17,873 nucleotides of DNA from assembly GCA_041492755.1 (NCBI GenBank), contig JBGPXN010000089.1, positions 1 through 17,873 of the forward strand. The letters are read 5' to 3'. Numbering within the stretch: position 1 is the first letter of the stretch; each line of letters opens with the position of its first letter. The translations under genes were made by a program, and so were the position numbers. Below the pieces are notes generated by a model. That model saw nothing but the letters and a program-made list of their open reading frames with translations, ran no database searches and had not been told where the DNA came from. This document shows positions 8,737 through 15,979 of the stretch, one piece after another. The stretch comes from Candidatus Methylomirabilia bacterium (GTDB lineage Bacteria > Methylomirabilota > Methylomirabilia > Rokubacteriales > CSP1-6).

Positions 8737-10326
8737 TCAGCGCTCCCGGTACATGTCGTAGTAGCGAAACGACACGCGGTCGCCGAGGTAGACGAAGCCC
8801 TTCACGTCCTTGCGCGCCACGAACTTGTCGATGATGGCGCCGTTGACGATCAGGGCCGCGTCACGCCAGACGATCTCCGCGGCCTGCCGCTCCAGCTTGA
8901 TCTCGCGCTCGCGGTCGGGCGTCACCATCGCCTCGTTGATGAGCTTGTCGTACTCCGGGTTTGCATAGTAGGTGAAGTTCCGCCCACCCTTCTGGGGACT
9001 GCCCTCCGAGTGGTACATGTTGAACAGGAAGTCGAGCGCGGTCGGGATGAACATGGGCCGGAAGTATCCGAACAGGTGGATCGCCGTGTCGGGGCTCTTG
9101 TCCCGTCCCCAGTCGGTCGCCCGCTTGACCAGCGCCGGCCACGTGTCGTCGAAGAACTCCACCTTGACGTTCAGCTTGTTCAGCTCCGCCTGGAGAATTT
9201 CGAAGATCGCCCGCTTGTCCACGTCGCCCTTCTGGGACTGGAAGCGGAGCGTGAAGCCGCCGTTGGGATAGCCGGCGTCAGCGAGAAGCTTCTTGGCGCG
9301 GTCGGGATTGTACGGATACGGGTTCTCCAGCTTCCAGTCCTTGCCGAGGATCGGGGTGAAGAGCGGCCCCGGGTTCGCGGCGTGCCCGGTAATCGTGTTG
9401 AAGGCCTCCTGGTTCCACATGTGGTGGAGCGCCTGGCGGACGCGGGGATCCTTGGTCGGCGCCACGTTGGTGTTGAGGTAGGTCACCATCAGGCTCGTGC
9501 CGTGCTTCTCGTAGACGGTCAGGGCGGGATTGCGCTTGAGCGCCGGCAACGAGTCCTTCGTGATGTTCTCGGCCCAGTCCAGCTCGCCCTTCTCGACCAT
9601 GAGTCGCTGCGTCTCCGGCTCGTAGATGTGGCGCAGGTTGATGGTCGTGAACCTGTTGGCCGGCCAGCCGCGCCAGTAGTGGGGGTTCTTCTTGCCCACG
9701 TGGATGATGTTGGCCTCCCACCGATCGAGGACGTACGGGCCCGTCCCCGCCGTGTGCTCGCGGAGCCAGCCCTGGGCCTGGTCGCCCTTGTCGTTGTCCT
9801 TGAGCGCCTTGGGGCTGACGACAAGGAGGAACCGGAGCCCGGGCAGGAACATGTTGTTCGGCTGCTCGAGGTGGAAGACGACCGTGCTCGGCGACGGCGT
9901 CTCGACCTTGACGATGGGCTTGGCGTAAAGATACGCGGTCTTCTTGAGCGCCTGGGCGCGCTCGACCGAGAGCTTCACGGCGGTGGCGTCGAACGGCGTG
10001 CCGTCGCTGAACTTGACCCCCTCGCGCAGCCGGAAGGTGTAGCTCTTGCCGTCCTTCGATCCCGACCACGAGGTGGCGAGGACGGGACGCAGCGTCGCGA
10101 TGTCGTCGCTGAGGTCGAGCAGCGACTCGTAGAAGTTGTTGCCCGTCCACCAGAGCGTGTCGAGCGCGCCCGCGTGCGGGTCGTAGGAGCCGAGCTGGGT
10201 GTACTTGCCGACGTTGAGCACGTTTTCCTGCTGTGCTCCTGCCGGCCCTGGACCGCCGACAGCGAGGATGATCGCCGCGACGGCCACGGCCAGGGTGATG
10301 ATTCGGGGGATCGGCATTCTCGTCAT
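8737..10326 (-). CDS. ABC transporter substrate-binding protein, family 5 (DppA/OppA/NikA-like)
   Basis: Signal peptide ending AGA, LATSW..SKDGKSYTFRLREGVKFSDGTPFDA.AVK signature and GTGPY. ATG 10326 after AAGGAGG overlaps the LLM stop (ATGA). Confidence 0.95.
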   Translation of the reverse strand: MTRMPIPRIITLAVAVAAIILAVGGPGPAGAQQENVLNVGKYTQLGSYDPHAGALDTLWWTGNNFYESLLDLSDDIATLRPVLATSWSGSKDGKSYTFRLREGVKFSDGTPFDATAVKLSVERAQALKKTAYLYAKPIVKVETPSPSTVVFHLEQPNNMFLPGLRFLLVVSPKALKDNDKGDQAQGWLREHTAGTGPYVLDRWEANIIHVGKKNPHYWRGWPANRFTTINLRHIYEPETQRLMVEKGELDWAENITKDSLPALKRNPALTVYEKHGTSLMVTYLNTNVAPTKDPRVRQALHHMWNQEAFNTITGHAANPGPLFTPILGKDWKLENPYPYNPDRAKKLLADAGYPNGGFTLRFQSQKGDVDKRAIFEILQAELNKLNVKVEFFDDTWPALVKRATDWGRDKSPDTAIHLFGYFRPMFIPTALDFLFNMYHSEGSPQKGGRNFTYYANPEYDKLINEAMVTPDREREIKLERQAAEIVWRDAALIVNGAIIDKFVARKDVKGFVYLGDRVSFRYYDMYRER

Positions 10327-11342
10327 GACTCTCTTCCTCCTTGGAAGTGCGGGATGATCTCGCGGCCGTAAGCCTCGATGGTCGAGAAGTGGTACTCCGG
10401 CTCGACGATGCCGATGTAGAGACAGACGTGGGTGACGCCGGCCGTCTCGAGCCGCGTGATCTTGTCGCGCACCTGCTCGGTCGTGCCGATCAGGGTCAGC
10501 CGATCGGCCATCTCGTCCGTGACCGTTCTCGTGTGCGGCGCGTCGGGCTGGCCGTGCTTGAGATAGTCGTAGTCGGCGACGCGCTCCATGCCCTCGACCA
10601 GATCCGCCGGCAGCTCGGACGGCTTGTAGCGGCGGAGCAGGTCCTTGACATGGTTGGAGACCGTCGCCGGGAAGCCCCGGACGCGCGAGAGCGCCCGCTC
10701 CCGGTCGGCGGAGAGATACGTCGGCGCCGCGGCGACGACCTGGAAGCCGTCGAGGCGGCGTCCGGCGCCCTCGGCCCCCCGGCGCGCATGGCCGAGGGCC
10801 CACTTAACGACGCTCGGCGATGCGAGCTGGAGGATCAGGCCGTCGGCCTCCGCGCCGGCCAGCTCGAGCACTCTCGGTCCGTAGGCGGCGAGCAGCACGG
10901 GTACCGTGCTCGTCATCCATGGGAGGCGGATCGTCGTCCCGTTCACCTCGGCGGCCTCGCCGCGACAGAGCCGGCGCATCACCCGGAGCGCATCGCGGAA
11001 CTCGCCGAGCTTCATGGGCGGCAGCCCGAGCGTGCGCACGGCGCTGTCGCCGCGGCCGACGCCGAGCACCGCGCGCCCGTCGAAGAGCTGGGCGAGGGTG
11101 GCGAGCGAGCTGGCGACCACGGTGGGATGCCGGGTCACTGGATTGGAGACGAGCGGGCCCACCCGCATGCGGCTCGTCGACAGCGCGGCGGCCGTGAGGT
11201 ACGGGCCGACCTCGTGCCAGATCAGGTGCGAGTCGCCGAACCAGATGTGGTCGAAGCCCACGTCCTCCGCCGCCTTCATGCACGCGATCATGTGCGACAG
11301 CGGGAAGTGCCCGGGCCGGAACATGAGGCCGAAGCTGAGGAT
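10323..11342 (-). CDS. LLM-class F420-dependent oxidoreductase, TIGR03842 (CPS_4043)-like
   Basis: W.GDSHLIWHE, GPLVSNPVTR, GVGRGDSAVR, ILQLA.P, AAP.Y, V.NHV.D and YDY..HG motifs, recognised from memory of this family. First in-frame ATG is 11324, but SD position and homology point to 11342 (ATC). Confidence 0.88.
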   Translation of the reverse strand: MLSFGLMFRPGHFPLSHMIACMKAAEDVGFDHIWFGDSHLIWHEVGPYLTAAALSTSRMRVGPLVSNPVTRHPTVVASSLATLAQLFDGRAVLGVGRGDSAVRTLGLPPMKLGEFRDALRVMRRLCRGEAAEVNGTTIRLPWMTSTVPVLLAAYGPRVLELAGAEADGLILQLASPSVVKWALGHARRGAEGAGRRLDGFQVVAAAPTYLSADRERALSRVRGFPATVSNHVKDLLRRYKPSELPADLVEGMERVADYDYLKHGQPDAPHTRTVTDEMADRLTLIGTTEQVRDKITRLETAGVTHVCLYIGIVEPEYHFSTIEAYGREIIPHFQGGRES

Positions 11343-11350
11343 GGAGCCTC

Positions 11351-12718
11351 CTACGCGGGGCGCGGCAAGTACCGGCCGCCCGGCCGCTCGGCGACGATCT
11401 CGCCCTTTTCGTAGACGACCTGGCCCCCGACGATGGTCGTGTCCGCCCATCCGCGGGCGGTGTAGCCCTCGTAGGGGCTGAAATCGACGACGGAGTTCAG
11501 CGCTCTGAGGTCGACCTTCACCTCGCGGTCGAGGTCGACGATGACGAGGTCGGCGTCGGAGCCGGCCTCGAGCGCGCCCTTCCTGGGATAGAGCCCGAAC
11601 AGGCGCGCGGCATTGTAGGAGGTGAGCTCGACCACGCGCTGGATGGACAGTCGTCCGTGCCGGACGCCCTCGGTCAGCAGCACGGGCAGGATCATCGCGC
11701 TGCCGCCGGTGATTCCGGCGCGCGCCGACCAGAGATCGGTGCCCTTGACGGCCCGCGTGAACGGGCAATGATCCGAGCCCAAGACGTCGACCGTGCCGTC
11801 CGTGAGGCGCTGCCAGAGCGCCTCGACGTGCGCGGCGCTCCGGAGCGGCGGGTTGACCTTGCCCTGGACGCCGCGGTCCATGTCCTTCTCGAAGGCGAGA
11901 TAGTGCGGGCACGTCTCGGTGGCCACGCGGCCGGGTCCCCACGCCTTCTGCCGGAGGAACTCGGAGCCCAGCCCCACGCCCATGTGGGGAATCAGGAGCT
12001 GGACGCCGGCCGCCTCCGCGAACGCGATCATGCGCCGGATCGCCTCGAGCTCGCCGAAGACGGGGCGCGCGTCCGACCACGCCGTGGTGTCCTGCCGGCC
12101 GCTGTCGATGAACGGTTTCTGATGGAGCTCGATCAGCTCCATGTTCTCGCAGTGCACGATCGCGATGCCGCGGGGGATCTTCGCGACTTGCTGGAAGACC
12201 GCGAAGATCTGGTCGTCGCCCATGCCTTGAATGCCGCTCGGCGAGATCTCGCGCCCCTTGTAGGCCATGAACGTCTTGAAGGAGCCGATGCCGAACTCGC
12301 TGGCCAGGCGCGGGATCTCCGCGATCTGCGCCTCGCGGATGATGATGGCATGAAACACCATGTCCACGAGGCTTCCGGCCCCGACCGCCGCCTGCATTTC
12401 CGGCAGCACGTCGACGTACGAGCCGCGCGTGATGACGAAGGGGAGCAGGGTGGTCACGCCGCCGGTGACGGCGTGGCGGCTCTCGCTCGCGCAGTCGGCC
12501 GCGAACGACTGCGCCGCGGTGCCGAGGTGCAGGTGGGTGTCGAGCAGGCCGGGCAGCACGTAGCGCCCGCCGGCATCGATCGTGCGCCGGGCCTGCACCG
12601 TCTCACCCGGCCGCACGACGGCGACGATGACGCCGTCCCGCACCGCCAGCCCGCAGTCGAGGATCCCATCGGGCTTGACGACCCGGCAGCCCTCGACGAA
12701 CAGATCGGCGTTCACCAC
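11351..12718 (-). CDS. Cyclic amidohydrolase (dihydropyrimidinase/allantoinase-like), second paralogue
   Basis: PGLLDTHLH, SFKTFMAY, VHCEN, PH, ETCPHYL, KVNPPLR and GSDH motifs. Start GTG 12718 (or 12715) after GAGGA. The ORF-track N-terminus reads through the repeat element. Confidence 0.93.
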   Translation of the reverse strand: MVNADLFVEGCRVVKPDGILDCGLAVRDGVIVAVVRPGETVQARRTIDAGGRYVLPGLLDTHLHLGTAAQSFAADCASESRHAVTGGVTTLLPFVITRGSYVDVLPEMQAAVGAGSLVDMVFHAIIIREAQIAEIPRLASEFGIGSFKTFMAYKGREISPSGIQGMGDDQIFAVFQQVAKIPRGIAIVHCENMELIELHQKPFIDSGRQDTTAWSDARPVFGELEAIRRMIAFAEAAGVQLLIPHMGVGLGSEFLRQKAWGPGRVATETCPHYLAFEKDMDRGVQGKVNPPLRSAAHVEALWQRLTDGTVDVLGSDHCPFTRAVKGTDLWSARAGITGGSAMILPVLLTEGVRHGRLSIQRVVELTSYNAARLFGLYPRKGALEAGSDADLVIVDLDREVKVDLRALNSVVDFSPYEGYTARGWADTTIVGGQVVYEKGEIVAERPGGRYLPRPA

Positions 12719-12731
12719 GTGAATCGCGTCC

Positions 12732-12883
12732 TCAGAGCCCGTGAACGAATTGCGGAGTCGAGGAGCGCCGCGGCTGTCGAGACGGGCCCGGGGTTCCCCC
12801 GGGACCGTCGAGCGCTTGGGGGTAAAGGGGGCCCTTCGGGGCCCCCTTTCCAATCAAACCGGCCATGTCGGGGCCCCCACTCA
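12732..12883 (-). repeat. REP-like multi-hairpin intergenic element, copy C
   Basis: On the - strand starts TGAGTGGGGGCCCCGACATGGCC and ends CGTTCACGGGCTCTGA. Stems at 12824-12849 (11 bp perfect) and 12781-12809 (12 bp, one mismatch, 3-nt loop). Confidence 0.8.
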
Positions 12884-13732
12884 GAGGATCTCGCCGTACG
12901 CGTCCGGACGGCGAAACTTGAAGAAGCCCCAGAGCTCGCGGACGTCGTCGCAGACCTTCGGGTCGATGTCGGCGTAGAGGATCTCGTCCTGCTTGTCGCC
13001 GGCGCGGTCGATCACGGCGCCCTTCGGGTCGATGAAGAGCGCCGAGCCGAAATAGTGGCGGTCCGCCGGGCCGCCGACGTCCTTGCCCACCTTGTTGACG
13101 CCGCCGACGTAGAACATGTTGGCGATCGCGTGACCGCGCAGCTCGACCTCCCAGACGTCGCGGATCCAGTCGCGGTAGGTCGCGGTCGGCACCAGCACCA
13201 GGTGGGCGCCCTTGAGCCCGAGGATGCGGGCGGCCTCGGGAAAGTGGCGGTCGTAGCAGATGAGGATGCCGATCTTGACTCCGAAAGGCGTGTCGAAGAC
13301 CGGGAAGCCCAGATTGCCGGGAGTGAAGAAGAAGCGCTCGTCGGCCGGCGTCTCGCCAGCTTTCACCGTCCGCAAGATTTGCGGGATGCTCGTCTTGCGG
13401 TAGCGCCCGATCAGGTCGCCGTCGGGGCCGATGACCACCGCGGTGTTGTAGAAGGTGCCGTTGTCGTTCTCGAAGAGCGGATAGACGATGACGGTCCCCG
13501 TCTCCCGGGCGACCTTGGCCAGGCGGTTGACGGAGGGACCGGGGATCGGCTCGGCGGTTTCGAACCACTTCTTGTCGTGGCCGAAGCAGAAGTAGATCGT
13601 CGTGCACAGCTCCGGGAAGCAGATGATCTTGGCCCCGTTGCCGGCCGCCTGGCGCGCGAGCCCCTCGGCCTTCTGGACGTTGATCTCCTTGGACTCGTGA
13701 CCGCTGAACTGCGCGAGCGCTGCGCGAACCAT
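12881..13732 (-). CDS. Nitrilase-family carbon-nitrogen hydrolase (beta-ureidopropionase/N-carbamoylase-like), second paralogue
   Basis: FPEL, YRK, ICYDRHFPE and RRPDAY motifs. AGGAGGT SD. Confidence 0.95.
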   Translation of the reverse strand: MVRAALAQFSGHESKEINVQKAEGLARQAAGNGAKIICFPELCTTIYFCFGHDKKWFETAEPIPGPSVNRLAKVARETGTVIVYPLFENDNGTFYNTAVVIGPDGDLIGRYRKTSIPQILRTVKAGETPADERFFFTPGNLGFPVFDTPFGVKIGILICYDRHFPEAARILGLKGAHLVLVPTATYRDWIRDVWEVELRGHAIANMFYVGGVNKVGKDVGGPADRHYFGSALFIDPKGAVIDRAGDKQDEILYADIDPKVCDDVRELWGFFKFRRPDAYGEIL

Positions 13733-13754
13733 CGAGATACCTCCTGAGCGACGA

Positions 13755-13790
13755 TGCCGGGATTTAACATCGACTTCCCGGCAGGCGCAA
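13755..13790 (-). promoter_or_regulatory. Putative sigma70 promoter with overlapping inverted repeat
   Basis: TTGCGC (13790-13785)-N17-TTAAAT (13767-13762) on the - strand. Inverted repeat TGCCGGGA-N13-TCCCGGCA spans 13755-13783. Confidence 0.4.
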
Positions 13791-13793
13791 GGT

Positions 13794-14050
13794 CTACGAC
13801 GTGTTCAGCAACGCAGAAAGCCCCCGATGCGCGCGCTCGACGGCGGGGAGATCGGCCGTCGCCCAGCACGGCGCCTCCACGGCCAGGGGCACGGTGTCGG
13901 GCAACGCCGCCACCAGCTCCGCCAGCGGCAAGACGCCCTCGCCAGGCAGGAGCCGGCCCCTGCGGGCCTCGCGGATGAGCGTGGGCGTCTCGCCGGGACC
14001 GGGCATGTCCGGGCCGGCAGCGTAGATCTGGGCGTACCGGAAGAGGTACA
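13794..14050 (-). pseudogene. C-terminal remnant of a sugar-phosphate isomerase/epimerase (AP endonuclease 2-type TIM barrel)
   Basis: YAQI...LIREARRGRLLPGEGVLPLAELVAALP...LAVEAP is the typical C-terminal third of this family. The N-terminal part is absent, and host-like GC ends at about 14050. Confidence 0.72.
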
Positions 14051-14141
14051 CCAGTCTCAGCGGCTCAATGCGATAGCTGCGCACACCTCAGTGCAGACCG
14101 TAGAGAAGGTATGGAGTAGAGGCCTGTCCAATCGTGGACGC

Positions 14142-15653
14142 CTACAGCTGAAACTCGTCCAGGTCACCCAACAGGGAGTCTCTCTCGTATCGTTCAATAA
14201 GCATTAGGCTATTTAGATGCTGCACTGTTGCTCGGAAGCTTGCGCCGAAATGTCGTGCCACGACCTTGACGCGCTGGTTTAGACGCCCTCTCGCCTGCTC
14301 GAACATTTCGGACACTTCGGGTTCTGGCATGAGGAACATGACGGCGAATGCGTTCGCGCGCTGTTCGAAACGAACGGGTGCCCAAGGACCGCTCGAAACG
14401 CCCACTGTACTCCCAAGCCGATCGTCGAAGACCAGATGACACAGCTCGTGAGCCATCGTTGCTGCACGAGACCATTGGCGTTGAGTTCGTGGTGACTTGG
14501 TGTTTATGAGAATAGTCGGTACAAGAGCTTCGTCGTGAAACGACACTGCGCGAATTGCAGGATCGGACAGTTCCAGCGAGCGCACGGAAATTCCGAGATC
14601 GTCTAGAACCTCATCGATGTCGATCGTCCCGTAGCCCAGATGCAGTTTATTGCGTAGACGCAATGCTAAGTCATGGCCATTCCTCCAGGCCTGATAAAAC
14701 GGGCATGGTACCGGGTCCGTGAGATTGGCGAACTCCCGCTTTGTGTCGCCTCGAGCTCTATCGAACTCCAAGACGATGAGGATTACATCGTCTTCCCGCA
14801 CGTGCGGGGAGGTGGATGCAAATACGAGAGTCGGCAGGCTTGAGGACTCAAATGGCCCGAGTTGCTCCTGGGGCCTGAGAGATGGAAGTCTGTCCGCTAG
14901 TCGCTTCGCGAGATCGAGAGCTTCGTCAGCGTTCCGTCTCAAATTCAACAGAAGCGCGTGTCGCAACCAGCGTCTCTCCGCATGTGGGACTCGAATTTGT
15001 TCGAGTTCGTCCTTCACCTGTATCAGTGCCGTGGTTGGTGTACGCTTCAGAAGTTCGTCCACCGTCGCACCAATAAGGCTAAGTGTGACAGCGGCAAAGT
15101 CCAACACCGGTACCAGCGCAACGCCGGTGCGCTCCAAGAATCGAAGCGGCAACTCCGCGGGATTCGATTCATTGTCCCAAGAGATCTCGATGTCGTCTCC
15201 GGCCCGACGAACCCAGATGTTGGGAAAGATCCCGCCTTCACGCGTCGAGGCAAGACAGTGCTGGGTAAAGAACTGCCACCACTCCGCGTGCCATCGCTCA
15301 GCTGCTTCGTTCTTTGCTGATGGTGGGGGGAACTCGATGCTGACCATCTGCGTCGCGGCAAAGGTCCCTAGCCGTGAGACCGACGGCAGACGTCCTTGAT
15401 GGGCGATGACTTCCCAGTTCTGTACGAAAAACCGCAAGAGCGGCAAGAGGTACCATCGCGCTCCGCTCAGCGTTTCTCCGGTAGAATCTTTCGCTTCGCA
15501 GAGGTTGCGCCCTTCGACAAAAATCCGAAATTCACCCCAGGATTCGCTGACGTCCGGCGGCGCAAACCTGCCACCGTCGGGATCCTCAATGAGAGAGATC
15601 TCGATTGCGAAGCGGTCAGTGGATCCGACCAAGTGGCGCCATGTGACTGCCAC
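14142..15653 (-). CDS. ImmA/IrrE (peptidase M78/COG2856) Zn metallopeptidase with large N-terminal domain of unknown function
   Basis: ILIN...R.ATMAHELCH (HExxH at 14436-14450), EQRANAFA..FLMP and a C-terminal helix pair VARHFGAS. GTG 15653 follows GGAGG and lies 2 nt after the upstream stop. Confidence 0.88.
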   Translation of the reverse strand: MAVTWRHLVGSTDRFAIEISLIEDPDGGRFAPPDVSESWGEFRIFVEGRNLCEAKDSTGETLSGARWYLLPLLRFFVQNWEVIAHQGRLPSVSRLGTFAATQMVSIEFPPPSAKNEAAERWHAEWWQFFTQHCLASTREGGIFPNIWVRRAGDDIEISWDNESNPAELPLRFLERTGVALVPVLDFAAVTLSLIGATVDELLKRTPTTALIQVKDELEQIRVPHAERRWLRHALLLNLRRNADEALDLAKRLADRLPSLRPQEQLGPFESSSLPTLVFASTSPHVREDDVILIVLEFDRARGDTKREFANLTDPVPCPFYQAWRNGHDLALRLRNKLHLGYGTIDIDEVLDDLGISVRSLELSDPAIRAVSFHDEALVPTILINTKSPRTQRQWSRAATMAHELCHLVFDDRLGSTVGVSSGPWAPVRFEQRANAFAVMFLMPEPEVSEMFEQARGRLNQRVKVVARHFGASFRATVQHLNSLMLIERYERDSLLGDLDEFQL

Positions 15654-15655
15654 GA

Positions 15656-15979
15656 CTACCCTAGCCTCCAGTTCCGCTGCACATCGCTGCGGTAAATCTG
15701 CCCCTCCTTGATCCACTGTTGCCAGATCTGAGGGGGCACCTCGAGGAACCCGACTGGCCAGCCGTGGTACGTCTCATCATCGGTTTTCACAGCACAGTAC
15801 CCACGCCCGTCATGGACGGCGTAACGCTTCGAAGAACCGTCTCTGGGATCGGGAACAGACCGCTCCAGCAACGCTTGCGCGGTCTCCTTGGGCATGTTCC
15901 CCGGGCACAATGTCCCTCGTCGCCCACGTTGCCATGGCTCCTTGTGCTTTGGACTTCCTTGATAGTTCACGGAGACCAT
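15656..15979 (-). CDS. Small hypothetical protein (~105 aa), possible toxin or nuclease partner of the peptidase
   Basis: Protein-like composition (Y.GSPKHKEPW, LCP, AQALL, KRYAV..G, YHGWP). Same low GC as the peptidase and translationally coupled to it. Start ATG 15979 or GTG 15970. The ORF-track extension to 16189 is spurious. Confidence 0.75.
   Translation of the reverse strand: MVSVNYQGSPKHKEPWQRGRRGTLCPGNMPKETAQALLERSVPDPRDGSSKRYAVHDGRGYCAVKTDDETYHGWPVGFLEVPPQIWQQWIKEGQIYRSDVQRNWRLG

Noticed and set aside
5802..8834. 1010 aa + strand ORF, and similar long ORFs at 8509-10371, 11657-13747, 879-2243, 3535-4647 and 16438-17535
   Set aside because: Antisense shadows of well-supported genes, expected from high-GC codon bias. 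They are R/A/G/H-rich with no motifs.
10327..12853. N-terminal extensions of the ORFs starting at 10803, 12080 and 12853
   Set aside because: They overlap upstream real genes or the repeat element. SD sites and homology place the starts at 10326, about 11342 and 12718.
60..12883. Hairpin repeats as a CRISPR array, tRNA or intrinsic terminators
   Set aside because: The copies are dispersed with no repeat-spacer periodicity, no cas genes and no cloverleaf. There is no long U-tract in the sense direction, and two copies lie inside operons.
14090..14135. Possible IS terminal remnant (GCAGACCGTAGAGAA...) at the left edge of the islet
   Set aside because: Only a vague resemblance. There is no matching inverted partner or transposase.
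14142..15979. Naming the cassette RosmerTA, CapP/CapH or ImmA/ImmR
   Set aside because: No fused N-terminal or adjacent Xre HTH is visible, and there are no CBASS, ICE or prophage genes. Only the M78 domain is shared.
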